A stretch of DNA of 62,873 bases, the filler included, from Phoronis australis (Eukaryota; Animalia; Phoronida), in NCBI GenBank assembly GCA_002633005.1. It is 9 parts of 9 records of this genome, joined end to end, with 100 filler letters (N's around TTAATTAATTAA, not from the genome) between each part and the next. Parts side by side here need not be neighbours in the genome. Positions count along the whole stretch, not along the records: positions 23,273 to 34,205 come from NMRA01000010.1; positions 34,306 to 45,780 come from NMRA01001556.1; 7 more parts are not named here. One strand, 5' to 3'. The position numbers and the translations under genes were made by a program. Shown here piece after piece: positions 26,600-41,049 of this stretch (the first letter of the stretch is position 1; the number at the start of each line of letters is the position of its first letter). The notes beneath the pieces were generated by a model. That model was not told where the DNA came from and did not search any database. It saw only the letters and a list, made by a program, of their open reading frames with translations.

Positions 26600-27460
26600 G
26601 TTATACCACAATATTAGCCTCGAATGGCAGATACAATCGTGTAATAACCCATAAAGTTATCTCATTGGCGGGAAACCGAGGCCGGATTCAAACCCGGACC
26701 TCAAGAGTTTCGAGTCGCCCACTTTACCACTACACCACTCAACGGTCGACGTCATTGAACGTGAAAACAGAATACTTAAATGAGCACGCGCAACAATCGC
26801 ATGTTTCGCAAAGGGCATTGCACCGGCATTTATACGCTATGAAAATAAGACGCATAATTTCCAAAAAAACGACAATTTAATTCAGTGAAATTTTTCTCTC
26901 GTGTTCTCTCACTTGTAAATCACTGACCTCCACTTTGAATGCGGGTATCGTGTCGTCGGGGTCCTTTGACTTGAGCATTATAGCTAGTTACTAGTGGTAA
27001 CCTACTTTAGCAGACGATATTTTCCCGGTCGAAGCTTAGCGTGATAAAATGTGTAGTAAGCTATAATAGTTGCTAAACCTTAATTTATAGATTCACTTTA
27101 TTTCTATTTTGTTTTATTTTTCAATTGGTTTTGAGTAAAAGCATTATTTGACAAAAATAGTTCGGCTTTTCTTAAAAGGTCACGACCTCCGACCCCGGGC
27201 CTCTGACATAGAAAGTAGTTACAAAGCCGAGGTGAGTCGAGAAAGGTAGATCGATTCATTGCAATGTTTCTCGTTTAGTATGTGGTATAAATAGATTATT
27301 ACATGTTCTCAGTCGTTATCACCCTTATATAGAGCCCTCGTGGATTTTGGAGAATTGTTACCCTCGGGGCTATCGCCCCTCGGGCGATAACTCTCCAAAA
27401 TCCACTCGGGCTCTGGATAACGAGGGATAACGACTTCGCCATGTAATAATCTATATTTAT
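26600..27460. mobile_element. Composite repeat copy 2 (tRNA-derived segment plus terminal palindrome), in ferlin intron
   Basis: Homologous to 18310-19530; ttataccaca/tgtggtataa inverted motifs; long hairpin 27287-27460. Confidence 0.8.
26666..26744 (-). ncRNA. tRNA-derived (SINE-head-like) sequence, probably not a functional tRNA
   Basis: A box TGGTGTAGTGG, B box GGTTTGAATCC (TTCGAATCC in copy 1), ends CCA; anticodon stem does not pair. Confidence 0.6.
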
Positions 27461-27544
27461 TGCCGCTGGTACGTTGTTACATCTGCATCCGCAAGTCATG
27501 TTTACCATTGTCATGTCTTGCTACCAATTCATGCGATGTTTCAG

Positions 27545-27692
27545 ACGGCCATCCACGTCCTTTCTGTGGTTCACTTCTCCGTGGAAGACATTTAAACACA
27601 TCATTTGGCGTCACTACAAGTGCTGTATGATACTTTCCGTCTTCGTCTTCATGTGTGTTTTAGTGATGATCGTATTCGTTTACACTTTACCG
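27545..27692 (+). CDS. Ferlin exon with C-terminal transmembrane anchor
   Basis: [25 protein letters not shown] plus hydrophobic helix and YTLP; gtaag donor. Confidence 0.93.
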
Positions 27693-27868
27693 GTAAGAAC
27701 TTCTATAGGATAATAAAAACTGTTAATTACGTCATTGTCTGTGAGAATTTTTACCATATTTTGTCACAACAAATTAGATATCGACTTAAACCCTAATCAC
27801 CCATGTTTATAACTATTTCCGTGAAATATTCCGTTTTCGTTATTAGGATTACTGTCTTTCTCTTTCAG

Positions 27869-27904
27869 TCTGCTGTTGTGAACAAACTGATAGGAAAACT
27901 GTAG
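27869..27904 (+). CDS. Ferlin terminal exon
   Basis: Strong pyrimidine acceptor tctttcag then SAVVNKLIGKL*. Confidence 0.8.
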   Translation, partial: SAVVNKLIGKL

Positions 27905-29538
27905 GAAGATCGACAAACACAATGTTCTGTTTTACCTGTCGGATTTCGGTGTCAACGACCGCACAATGTGCAAAGGACAAAATCAGAGAACGATTGCATT
28001 AAATGAAGTGGAAGGAAATGAAACATTTTCTGACAGAATCGCGAGTCTTTGTTACCATGAGATGGATAATAAAAACTTTGAACAAGCGTAAATGATTTTG
28101 CCTTGCCTTCATGAGCGAGTGAACGTTATGACATCCATTTAGAAGAAAGGATTGACGTCATCCCTTTAGCATAACTTCTCCGCCTCAGTGCAGGCTTTGT
28201 GAGGCTGGGGGGGGGGATGTTGGGTAAGTGCCTCCCAATAAATTGCCGGGGACAGGATGAAATCTGAGCGATCGGCTTAGTCGTTCGGTCGGAAGCGGTC
28301 GAGAAAAGGAAGACAGTATACCTAAGGCAGTAGTGTACCAGGGAACCTGGAAACCCACCCCTTCACATTAGGTGTAGATTCAAGGTATAACAATATTACA
28401 GTGAGCTTTCCCCAAACTTGACCCTAATAAAGTGACTCTTAACCGTTGACCTCATTTTCACCCTCCGAAATGGACGAAAATATAGCTGAAGTGGCCAAGA
28501 CAATGTTACGTCAACTCATTCCGAGCTGGTGATGCTATTTCTCGTCCTGTTTCTTCACGTTACTTACGTTAAATTTGTAGTTCCAAAAGAGTGATTTTGC
28601 CAGAACAGCTTTTTGGCAAAGTGAAGGGCAAAGTCCGAAGATATTACCAGGAAGAGACAATTGTTTTGGCGCATTGAAACGTGATTTAAAAACAACGCTT
28701 CAAGCCATTCAAGCATTCTGTTTTAAACTTGGAGTCTTTTACTACCAAATGACACCAACTCTGTCTCTGAAGATTGCATTTTAGTGACGCTAGGGTGCTT
28801 TGAACATGGTATGGCTTACCCCTACAAAAGATGCCTCTTCCCGGGCACGATTTTATGTTTTCGAACGTTAGATGGCACTGGTGTATGTACAATTAGACGC
28901 CACACCTACGTCATAAGACATAACTTCCAATATGAACTGCCAGAGGCCGCCAGTGTGTTACTTGAAACCCAGTTGTATCTAGCATGGTCATATCTCTTTC
29001 GCTGAGAAAACTGAATGGAAAGCAAAGCAGTCACCAGGTTAACGTGTTCAGGTCTAAACGTGATACTTTCTCGTGAGGCTTTTTTAAAATGTGAGAACGT
29101 ACGTTTTCGCCGGTTTTCTTCCCCTACAACTGAACAAAGTCTGCAAGCTTACGATTACAGGGAAGGGGGCTATACGAAGTTGCATAAACGTCAAATTAGT
29201 TGGTGTCCCCTCAATACTGTTTACCCTCCTACAGGCTTTCAAATATGGTGAAAGCTTTTTTTAAGAGTTATCGTTTTTATCTCCCTTGAACCAAAAATCA
29301 AGGACAGAATTTACACCAATTTGAGATAATATTTATTTAGTAGCCTAATTCGGAATCTGTCATACGTTCAAGTATCAATTGCGCTAACGGTTTTCGAAAC
29401 ATAAGCCGTAGTAAGCAAATTCCACTTAGTCATGCACTGACGTCTGTTGTCTACAGTCTCATAGAATATCATGGAGCTGTGGGAAAATAAGGATATCACT
29501 TGGCCTCACTTGCTTGAATTAATGTGTTTACAAAGATT

Positions 29539-30164
29539 TTAGGGTCGATGAGTACATTGGTGTTTCTGTGTTAGGGTCACACATTTCCGGCGGCACCGTC
29601 TAACATTGCTAACCATGCGTTTAACACCTCTGGTTAGGTTTCGAGAATCGAGAACACACAGGCAAAGTACGGCGAGTGCGAGAAATAAAATAGCAGATAC
29701 CCCCAAGGCAATAGCTGACCTCCTGTCGTCTGATCTTTTCCACAACATGTAATTTCTCCGCTTTTTTAACAACGCCTCAAGTCTTTCAGTTCTAGTTTTG
29801 TTCAGTGTCCCACCCTTTTCTCCTCGTCCAGTAATTATTCGAGGTGGGAATGGAGTCGTGTTAGATGAGGTGGTCTCTAGAGCAGCAGTAGACGTAAAGC
29901 GGAATAATGAAATGCCGGGTATTGGTGGACTCCTCCATTCCACAGAAGTTGGGAACAACGTGGTCCAATTTTTACCTGAATCTGGCCCAGGTGAATCAGT
30001 GCCATTCGAAATATCCTTGCAACCGTTTTCAAGTAGGACACTGGTTCTTGCATTTGGAACTGTACAATTGATGATGGGTATACGACATCTGTTGGCGACG
30101 ACGTTATTGACTGAGTAGTACTTATCATTTTTTCTTTTTAAAGGTCCTAGGTACATTCTTTTTC
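29539..30164 (-). CDS. Last exon of an uncharacterised single-pass membrane protein
   Basis: tttcag acceptor, Ser/Thr/Pro stalk with N-glycosylation sites, KRSDDRRSAIALG, TM helix ending VLD, basic tail. Confidence 0.75.
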
Positions 30165-32081
30165 CTGAAACAGAAAGACAAACGCGTTTTGTTTTAATCT
30201 TGAGAATGTTTCCAAGGAAGCTTTTCACCAGAGGGATAATTGATGTGAAAAACAAAGGTTAAAGTATTAAATGGTTTTCTCTTCTCAGCTTTGCAAATCT
30301 CAATGTTCGTTAAGACTTAAAACATAATTCAAAGTGCATTCCACCCACTCATTCGTAATATCATCAGCTTTCTATTTAAATGTAGTGCATTTCGTTGACG
30401 TTATTCCCAGGCAAAGGTTCAGTTCATCTCCATTATTCATTACACATGGCATATATGGCGGACAACAGCTGACATGTTAATAATCGCAAAACAGAAACGT
30501 GGACTGCCACCAACACGTTAACTTACAGTTTCTGTAGGAGGTCTGGGAATGACGTCACAGAACAAATCAAGGAATATGTTTTTTTTTGTATGTTGCGTTT
30601 GTCTAAAAGTCGCCTTTTGGGCATGCAGTTTCCCAAATAAAAATGTTCGAATATTTAAGGCTGCAGTTCGTGCTGTTTAAGCTGGCTGAAAACAAAAATC
30701 AATATGAATAGTTTAGCTTCATAAAATCAGTCTCATAATATTCCTTCCATGATAGGAATCTATTTTTGTCACCAACGCAAGTCAGAGGCAATGCGTATAT
30801 GCACCATTTTCGAATTGAAAATTTTACACAGGGTTAGCCAACTTGAATATACGCTGGCTTGTTTTCTTCAACAACTGATGGTCTCATTATTCGTGTTAGT
30901 AACGGACATATTAGTATTAAACTGAGTCCATTTTGACCACTTAATGCTGTACATTTGGTCTCCTAGTCCTAGCGTAGGTCCCAGCGTCTACTGAACGTAC
31001 GCCAGGCTCTACGGTTTGGTTTCAAGCACCATAATGAACAGCCAGTTTCTTACCAAGCCCATCTGGGTCAGTTTCTGTGACGGAACTCAGCTTAATAGTC
31101 ATCAAAGTTAGTTTTATAGTCCAATATGTTTGTTATCATCGTGAAATCAATATCACACTATTTTTGCGGTTTTAAGAAAATGACGACAAATTTCACCATT
31201 CTGTTTATGGCCAAAACACATTTTGGAGCTTTTTTGGTAGGATTGACGTCTTGAAGTTATTACTTTCGACTAGATATATAAAACAGCAACCTGTGCTGTG
31301 TTTTGCCTTAGCTTGTGTGAAACAAAAGATGAAGAGTCGAAGCAGATTGGATTAATAATCACTCCAGGATAAGCATTTGGAAACGAAACCGAGTGGTGGA
31401 ATACCTCGCGAGACGAGCTTAAAACTTCCAGAAATGCTCAGCTTGCTCGAGTTGAGCTTTTTACCGTTAGCAGGCGCTGACGCGAACTCCGATCTGTATA
31501 CGACTTTGTCGCAATGCCCTCATGTAAGTCATCAAAGGTTAAGTCCATTCCATAGATCGTGGCCGGCAGGCATCATAATTTACAGTCGTAAATTGCCAAA
31601 TCTACTATGAAAGCCCTGATTACCTGCTAACTGCAAATGCTAACCTATACAGACCTTTGGAGGGGGAAATAATACCGGGGTATTGTTTTGTTCGACTCAG
31701 CTTCATGCCGAGCAAACTGAGCTTGCGAGAAGGCTGCACCTAAAGGTCATGTCAGCAGCCGGGGAAGTCGGGGACAATTGGCCTCGCAGATTTTTCCGAG
31801 TAAAAGCAAAACGAAACGACATTCACACTTTTGATAAAAAATCTCCGAGCACCTGATGATGTGTAGTCGAAAATAAATACGTATAATTCTGTTTAACTTT
31901 TATTTCATGATAATTTCGCTTTATGTTCGAGACCTTCTTAATTATTAACCATTCGTTCTTACTTTTATAAATGCGAAGCGTCAGTCTTCTGCTTCAGTAG
32001 TTTGGGTGCTGTACATTTTTTATATGATCGAGGATATAAAGGGTGTACTAGGTAAATGAGAAGCACGTGATGACAACTTAC

Positions 32082-32375
32082 CTCCACCTCTTATTACGAG
32101 TCGTAAGACATGCGCGACGTCCTGTTTAAATCCCGTGTATTCCAGCCATAAGTTGTTGACGCACCCCCAAATGGTGGTGCAATTGGAAGACGCATTAACC
32201 GACCTTGTCACATACATGCTGCAAACTAATCTGTATTTACTAAAACAGTCGTCAATGCAGGCGGCAGACGTCTTTGTTTCCGTGTGGACAACAAGGCCTT
32301 CTGGCGGTGACGTAGAGATGTTTTCGTTCACTTCGAATGTGTATCGTCGGTAACGGTAGACGAGGAAATACTCGT
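32082..32375 (-). CDS. Upstream exon of the same gene, 4-Cys module (PAN/Apple-like)
   Basis: 294 bp, phase 1-1, ttacag / gtaagt; ACIDDC....VC........NC pattern; splices in frame to 30164. Confidence 0.7.
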
Positions 32376-35300
32376 CTGTAACAAAAATACAATGATTGCA
32401 TTTGATTCATTGCGACAGATACGCCGTTCAATTGGTTTAAAAGAATATCATGATTGCTCCTCGGTGACAGCCGATTGACATAGCTTTCTAATGATTCTTT
32501 GGTAAAACATCACGATCCATCCCATGTTTAAAGAGTCTATAAACCTGCTTGCCATAAAAAACTGCCTTCGCTTTAGACCGCTTACAGTCTCAATTGTCCA
32601 TTAGTTAAATAGATGCCACTTCAGGGCGTCGAAATAACTGTTCGTTAATACTTGAGAATAGGCCCTGCAACTGAGTTGGCTTGTCACGGCGTGGCATTTT
32701 GCGTGCCCAGTATTGTCCCAAGGAGCGACGAAGTGTCTGCTCTTTTTAAAACCAGAAACCAATTGTTATTTGTATAAGGTCCAAATGGAAATCAATTTTA
32801 TTGCTGTTTGCGATTTAAATTACAGCACACTTCTTGCTTGTTTCGTAGCCGCTTTAATCACTCATCCCTCCAATCAATTCAAACTTGTCCTTCCAGTTTC
32901 GCTGAAATCCAAGCATTCTAAAATTTTTAGCGGCTTATCGGCATATATAAAACCAAAAGTGGTAAAAGCAATTGGAATACGAAGATAAATACAGTAGTTT
33001 TGAAATTAAACAACGTTAAAACTCGACAAAATTGCGGTTTGTTTTAAAAATTGGTCTAAATTTTTTCCTATCTCAGATGAGAATTGATTTTGGGTTTGCG
33101 AAGAATTGGTACCTCACTATTACGAGAGATCATGCTCGAAGTATTAAAAATAACACAGTAATTTTAGAACTTTGATCTCTCTTCCTGGCCTTCAATTGCC
33201 TGAGTACCGTAGATCATACATGTAAGTCCAACTCAGAATGGAACAAAAATGGAAAATAACCAAGGTCCGTTTTCTTTATCATTATGTTCGCAAGATCACA
33301 ACTTAAAGATGGATAACCTCACTAAATTTTCAGTGTGCAAACGACCCCGGCTCCTCCAGTTTGCCAGAAACCATCCCGAGAACCAGTTAGGTGACTCTGA
33401 ACAGTTAGGCTGCGGTCGCGGCCAATTTGCACTTCCGAAATATTAAATTTTAGGGGTAGGCCAGTCTTGGAAGCATTTTTAGATAGTGGTGACATGTAGT
33501 TTGTTTGTATTTGTGAACATTTTGAGAATAAAAAAGACCACTTGCCCGGATGAAGCATTCTTCTTCAAGATGGCGGCCTCCTGTTGCAATTGTGCAATTG
33601 CTGGGTAGCGACTGAGAAACTGGCTAGGATTTCAGGTAGCCCTCAAACAAGCCAGATTTGCAAAAAATAGTTGATTTACAAGACTTTTGAAACACATTTT
33701 TGGAATCAGTAGTAAATTTGCTTTCAGTCTTCAATGTTAGCTTAGTCGTGCATTGGCACGGAAGTGGTGATTTTGGGGTGAAAAGTGGCCATTTTTTGTT
33801 TTTTTTTATTCCTTTTTTCTTAATCGACCTTGCTTTTCAGTAGGAGTGAAGGGGTCAAAATTTCAAGACAGTATAAAGTTCCTCTGCTCATCTGTAGGCT
33901 TGTGATGTGAAATGACTCAAAACTTTTCGTTCTTTGCATACAGTTTTTGACCGAGTGACGAAAGGGTGACGAGTCCATTGACGTTTGTTCAGATTGGCAA
34001 ACGCCAGTGGGAACTGTTCTGTGCCCCCTTACCATTTATTTTCATGTAAATGAGTATGGTAGTACCGGTACTTCATCATGGCGGCCAAGAAAACAAACAA
34101 GTCATGTAACGTAGTTTATTTGGAACCTTACGTCTTTCGTTAATGGTGGCAACTCAGATTCCGACTGCAGCTACAAACAGACAGTGAGCTGGCGTTATAT
34201 TTGCANNNNNNNNNNNNNNNNNNNNNNNNNNNNNNNNNNNNNNNNNNNNTTAATTAATTAANNNNNNNNNNNNNNNNNNNNNNNNNNNNNNNNNNNNNNN
34301 NNNNNGTGGGGGGGGGGGGGGTGAGTAAGAAACTGGTGCAGCAGTGCTGTAGTACCTTACAATAGACCAAGATACAGTACGGTAATTTTCCACATAATCT
34401 GCACAAGAACAATTGCCAAAATGGTCATTTTCCATTTTTCAAAGGCTGGTTACATTTTTGCAAATAATGGAAATTAATCAAATGTTGTTTTTTGATGTCC
34501 ATACACTGGTATAATCCGTGCTTAAAGTAGCTTTTAATCTCGATTTTTGTGCTGAAATTTAACAAAAATAAAAACAGAATGTCCTTGGTCAGCCATATTG
34601 CGTGCTAAGTAAGTGAAGAGTTACAGTAGAAGACAAAAGTAATCAAACAAAATATCATTCAACAACCATGACAGCTAATTCCATTTACATCAAAAATGAC
34701 CAGTGATGGCTTTTATAGCACCAAAATTCCAATTACAGAATCACTTAGCCACCTTACTAACTTTCCTGTAAATTAACGATTCTCAGTCAAGAGGCAAGCT
34801 ACGAAAGGTTACTCTGATGACAAACTCGACTTTTGCCCAGAAGTCATCATTCAGGAAATTCAGAATCTTTTTGACTAAATATTTTTGGCGTGAACTGTAT
34901 CACTTATTGAAAGGCTGTTGTACACTATAAGTACAAATAAAAACTAAAGTTTGCTTCCCCTCACCTGATTGACCTCAAAATATTTTGTTTGCAATCTAAT
35001 AAAAGCAATAGTTTCCTGATTGTAAAAAGGAAACAGCTATGTTTTGTAACAAAAAATCACTACCCCAAACTGATAAGGAGAAAATAAAACAATTTAAACA
35101 CTGGCCTACCAATCTTAGAAGGGCAAAGGTTAGACAAGAGTAAAGAACAGTATTTTAAGAACGATACTACCATTCCAACAATGATATGCGTGTATATCAG
35201 AAAACGGTAAAGAAATAACAAGTGATGACTTTTAAATGTTTCCATGGTAGTTGAATCCATCCCAAAATTCACATCATTCACGTAGTATCTCCTCATTACG

Positions 35301-38220
35301 AAAACATAGGACAAATTTCATGAAGATCTATCAAACAACTTGTTAGAAATGAAGGCAAACACAATGGCACAATGATATTGAGGCAAATAAAAAGAAAACA
35401 AAAATGCCACTTTAAGTGGACCCTATAGTAAAAGAGTCTGAAAATTAATGCCAACCACATTCTCCTCCTCAATAGCAACACACCTGTCAACGTTAATGAT
35501 TCTTCAAGCAGTTTGCGGAGAAACAAACAAAAATTTACACTAGCAAAAAATATCTCAAATCCATCCAAAATTGGAAGCCTCTGCCCTCTCGCCAAATTTC
35601 ATGACATTCCATCCAGGAACTCTGAAGATACAGTGCCTAACATAATAAAATAAAACTGCCACCACGAGACATTTCAGTAGGCAGATCGGTCCAAGAGAAG
35701 TACGTCATCTGTTGCCCCATAATGGTAAATCACAATCCTGAATATACTAGTCAAATTTTAAGACCATGCAGGGATTTTAGCTGTGGATGCAAAAAAACAA
35801 AATTGTCACTGTGGGTGCCACAGTTGTCTGACTCCTCTGAAAGTCAATTTCCTACATGAAACATCTTACATTTTGTCAATTTTCTTAGTTGGAGGCAGGA
35901 GCAGTTTCCCACATAGGGAGGTTGACTCGAAGATATCCATTAAAATTGCCACTGGGCAGTGCAGAATAGGTCTAATCCATTCAAAAATATAAAGGAGTTG
36001 TCTTCATAATAGAAACCCATTTGCCAAATTTCACAAAATTATGTCAAGTAAATAAAGATACAAAGGTAAACAAAACATACTAAAACTGCCAGGAAGGGTC
36101 ACAGCGACAGTCAGATCAGGCCAAAAGTAGTCATCATCACTTGTCACATTCATGGAAATACAAAACTTTAATCTAAGGCTTAAAACTTCTAAGCAGTTGA
36201 CATTGTTTTGTACATTCACATTCTGAGAACTGAAAAAATGCAACAATCAACATAAAAAATTAACAAAGTTCTGTTTCACTGAAATTAAGCTTACTTGACT
36301 GGGAACATTATTTTGTTACATTCATTGGCAAACTTTGCTTTTCATTTCTAAAAGAGAAGCACAATTAGCTTTATTACATTTAGCACTGCACCAAACATTA
36401 AGTCATAAAACAGGACAGCCTTTAACAAATGGGATTTGCAATTGTTTTTGTTCCAATTTGAAGAAATTGATTTAGCTTGATGCCAAGTCGCATTTGGCGA
36501 CTTGGCAAAAATCCCAGTCACCAAACGAAATCTGAGGTGGCAAGAACTGACGTCGAAATCGTTGATTAAAAAGAAAGGTCATACCCCACTCCATTCTCAG
36601 AAACTTATGCGTACCTCTTCAATTTCTCCCCATAAAAAATATGAACCATTCAATCTCTAACTCAATTCCTCTTGCCAACCAACTTAAAATGCAGACAATC
36701 GCCTACGCTAGAGGCGCGTGCGTCACCAATCTCGCCTGGTTTTTGCCCAACAATTCGGACTTCAGTCTGTTTACTTCCTGTTATAATTTAAGCGTGTGTT
36801 TGATGGGTGCTGACTGCTGCGGTGGCAAATGCACTGATTTCACAAAATAAACGGAATAGTTGTGAACCAAAGGTATAAAATCTATGAAAACTCTTAGTAA
36901 TTTAAAGTATGGAAGTCAACACAAACTTTGAAACGAAGGAATTATTGATTCAGGGTGACTATGATACTCGAAGTGGCGACTTCAGTCTGAGGTTGCACTG
37001 GCGACTTGCAGGCCACCAAATCAAGCACTGGTTATTGAATGCTTCCTTACTATTGCCCTGTTGAGACTAAACCTTTTAAACCAATATAAAGGTTATAACT
37101 CTCTGTCTGTAGCTTAGTTATAACTCTCTGCCACTTTAGAAAGATGTTAAATAACCATTGTACCTGGGTGGGAACACAGCAGTTGTAAAAGCACTCAGTA
37201 GAAGGCGCTGCAGTCAAATCTTGTTAGAAACAATGGCACTGGAAGGTATAAAACTGCAAAAACTAGAGATAATGCTAAAAAAGCATACTTGATTCTGGTA
37301 CACCTGGGATGAATAAAAATGATGTGGCATGTTTTTGTTAATCATTGCTTGTCAAATCATTGGCTTTCAAATCTTACTTGCCTTTGCTTACCTGGCTTTG
37401 TGCAGTTTTCACTCAAATGACACAAAAGACCTTGGTTGAAGATGATGCAGGCTTCACAGCCATTATTAGTAGAAACCAGAACAGCGTAGGAATCTTTAAC
37501 TATTTAGCACGCAATGTGGCAGGAGGGCGGAATTTCATTTTTGACAAATTTCTCGAGGAAAAATTAAGAATACCTCAAGTCATTCTTAGCGAGGTTTGTA
37601 CAACGTAACACTATATAAATTCTGATTAGTTGTAGCAGTCAGATTTTAAGAAATAAAAAATCACAATTGTGACAACTGTGTTTAATGAAGTAACCTAGAC
37701 TTCTTTGTTGCCAAGTGATAGCCACCACAGATATCACTGTCCCCGTTTGTGTAGCACTTACTCCACACCATCAAAACCTTAGGTAAGGTCAAACCTCGGA
37801 CAATTTACGACACAATATGGCGGACAGGTGATTTTGTTACATGAAAGATACATAACACCAACCTAAAGCTTCACCATGTTCAAGTTTTCTACCATGTAGC
37901 TACCATCAGACAATACCTTGTAAAATTGCTGGCATTCACAGCAATGTTCAAATCCCTTGAAGAATGAAAAAAGCAAAATTTCAGCAATCATTTTTTCTTA
38001 ATTTAGTGAGAATTTTACCATATGTAGGACCTTCAAAAATTTCCAAGTTTGGATAATTCAAAACACCATATCTAAGAAATGAATTCATATGAAATTTTCA
38101 GACACCATGTTACATGCATACCGGTAATTGATCTCCAAAACACTTGGTCATGTCACTCAGTGAGATTTGTATAAAGTTACAAATCAAATTCTACATAATT
38201 TTTTCAGAAAACACATACTT

Positions 38221-38375
38221 TCACTAAGTTACAATCTATCACTAAGTTACAATCTATCACTAAGTTACAATCTATCACTAAGTTACAATCTATCACTAAG
38301 TTACAATCTATCACTAAGTTACAATCTATCACTAAGTTACAATCTATCACTAAGTTACAATCTATCACTAAGTTA
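38221..38375. repeat. 18-bp perfect minisatellite, ~8.5 copies
   Basis: tcactaagttacaatcta repeated. Confidence 0.97.
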
Positions 38376-38708
38376 AAATTAGTAGATATTTGCCTCAATA
38401 CACAGACTTGTCAATATAAGTTCTTAAAACCTTTCTATAGACTGTACCTTGGCTACTTCATCCAGAGAAATACAAATCCTCCTAAGCTAAGGCCAAACAT
38501 AAAGTATCCTTGAACTAATAAATCCTGAGACACATCAGCTGGCAGAAATACAGGAACAAGAATGTTTTCAACTTGTTGAATTCAGCTGCATGTAGCGTGA
38601 CAGGAAAATAATTGGTCATGTGGTATTACCATGGACACCAGAATGGCTCAATAAGCAGGTGTCACATACTTCAACACCATAATATACTTAATGAAGCTTC
38701 TCTTCTAA

Positions 38709-39133
38709 GGCCCTTTCATATTGACTTAACTCTCCGCCTCGAAGTAAGCGGTTGGTGCCGCTGTCATCGAAGTTATCGCAAGGTAGCGTTGCACGCTAAG
38801 ATTTTTTTCAATGTTTCAATTTGGAAATATTTACATGTGCTACGTGACATTAAACTTATTTTTAAATCGATTGGTTATTATTAGAGCAAAATATAAGCCG
38901 CTAATAGTGAAAGCACTATGTTGTAACTGTTGACGATAACAGTGGCACCTGGCGATAAATTAGATTGGACTGGAGTTAAGCGTTCATACTATACCGCAGC
39001 GTCAACGCTGTGGTATTAAATCCACCTGTTAACTGTGATGTTAACTGGAGCTGTTAACTGCGATCCAGGACCAGAGTTAAGCGTTCATACTGACTGCAAC
39101 TCCCCAAACCATCAACGTTAGTATGAAAGGCCC
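38709..39133. mobile_element. PIF/Harbinger-type MITE
   Basis: Imperfect TIR GGCCCTTTCATA / TATGAAAGGCCC, TAA on left flank, internal repeat gagttaagcgttcatact. Confidence 0.6.
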
Positions 39134-41049
39134 TCTAGACATCAAAACCCAGGAACAAGAGGCCCAGCTATTATCAACTTACTCAAGGCAACTAAGCTTT
39201 AAAGCATTGACTAAGAAGTTGTCCAAAGCTGTTTCTATTAAGTTCTGCCTATTTCGATTCAGTATAGAAGTTTCAGTCAACCTATCATGGTAAGACAAAA
39301 GCTGCTAATTAATGAAGATAGTAACATTTTACTAATTCACCTAGAACAATTTACTTTCTGAAAATGAGTTGTCGCAAGGTTTACCATACACACAGCTGTC
39401 AACCCAAAACTTCAACTGGGTAGATTATTGATCACATGGAATTTGCAAGATTTTTCAACAAGGTGGTAATTTTAGCCCCTTCAGTTCATCTGTCAAAGAC
39501 TTCCCCATTCACTGTAAAAAGGGCTGAATAGGAGACTTTTCATATCGGTGCTCTCAAGAGAAATCAGAGCACTAAACTGACTTTCCACTGATCCCAACGC
39601 AGATTTGTTGGACAGAATGAGTGATAAATAACAAAAGCAAATGAATAAATTTCACTGTCAGCCTCTCCTGATGTTTGACTGCTAAAGTTTACTAATTTAT
39701 GTTAGCTTCTTGACACCTGCTGGGATCAAAATTCTCTCACTTTATCAGTGGGAGCCACTGGCTTTGTGGAGGATACATCTTCACAGAGGGAAATGTATGG
39801 AACAGGATGTTCTTGTTCATCTATTAATATTTCCAAAAGTTTGCCCTTTTTCGTAAAGCAATGATACATCCCACCCCACAGCAGTAGTAATTTGCCGGCA
39901 TTATAATAGCAGGGAAGGTGTTAAAACGCTGTTTAGACCAGTTTGCCATCCGTATTACATGGGTTTTGTAGGTGAAGCTGAACGACTGTCCAACAAAGAC
40001 CTGATCGCCATCAGGTGGTTTAGTAAATTTCAATATGGCACGGTTATTTCGAAGTCAACTATTGGCAGGCACTTGCCCATTCTTGATCAAGTAAATTCTA
40101 AGTTTCATGGGACATAACTACAGTTTAATGAAATCATCAGACCACAGAATGACAGGTTTACGAAATACCGAATGAAAATCATTAAGTCTTTAAATGAAAA
40201 AATCCACCAACAATTAGTATTTTTCTTAAATTCATGTGACTAGTTCAGTGTTACCTCCAATGACTAGTCAAGTGGGTCAATCTGTGTTGGTATTGTCCAG
40301 CAGAAATAGAAGCCATGATTTATGTTGATTATCTAATCAAAACAAAACTAAAGAAATAAGAAAAAACAAAAAGAGCATTGCTCATATTCTTTGCAAATAT
40401 GTGACTTCAGCTGAGAACGATTTTGTGGATGACACTCGGAATTAGTGATTAGCCTGAGCCATGTACAGCCAGCCTAATTGCTGACTTAGGTGATGGTAGA
40501 GTACACCTATGTTGATCACAAAGAGATCAGTTAACCCCAGATTTCAGGTTTCTCTCTCTTGAGCACCCGTGGTTTTGTTAGTTTTTGGAGAAATTTCTGT
40601 TGATTGCTTTCCTGCTGAACTGCAATTGATGTAATGTCCTAACTGACTCAAATTCAAAATGATTCTGATTCGTGATATGACTAAAGTGTCAGAGGTAGTG
40701 CGTTACTATCAGGCAGGGGTATTTCAACTGAAACCCTTCATTGACCACAGATACAAGTTGTTTTTCATCTGAAATTTGGAACTGACTGTACCTGCGAAGT
40801 TCTGGCTTAAGGTAATTAATGAATTCCATTACAAAGAATGAAATTTCTTGAAGCTACATTTTGCCCCCTTTAGCTAGCTTAAAGAAATCGAATCATGCAT
40901 TTTACTCTCATAAAACCGATCTCTGATATTCCTTACGCAACAAGATCATTGAAACCATCACCAACTTAAGACAATGCTTCAGTGTTCATTGGGGTTCGAC
41001 AAGTCTAAGCTTGCGAACCTGAAAAATGGTGCGTGTACGCATTGCCTAT

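Noticed and set aside
26666-26744. Functional tRNA-Ser(CGA)
   Set aside because: Anticodon stem unpaired, no long variable arm, embedded in a dispersed repeat
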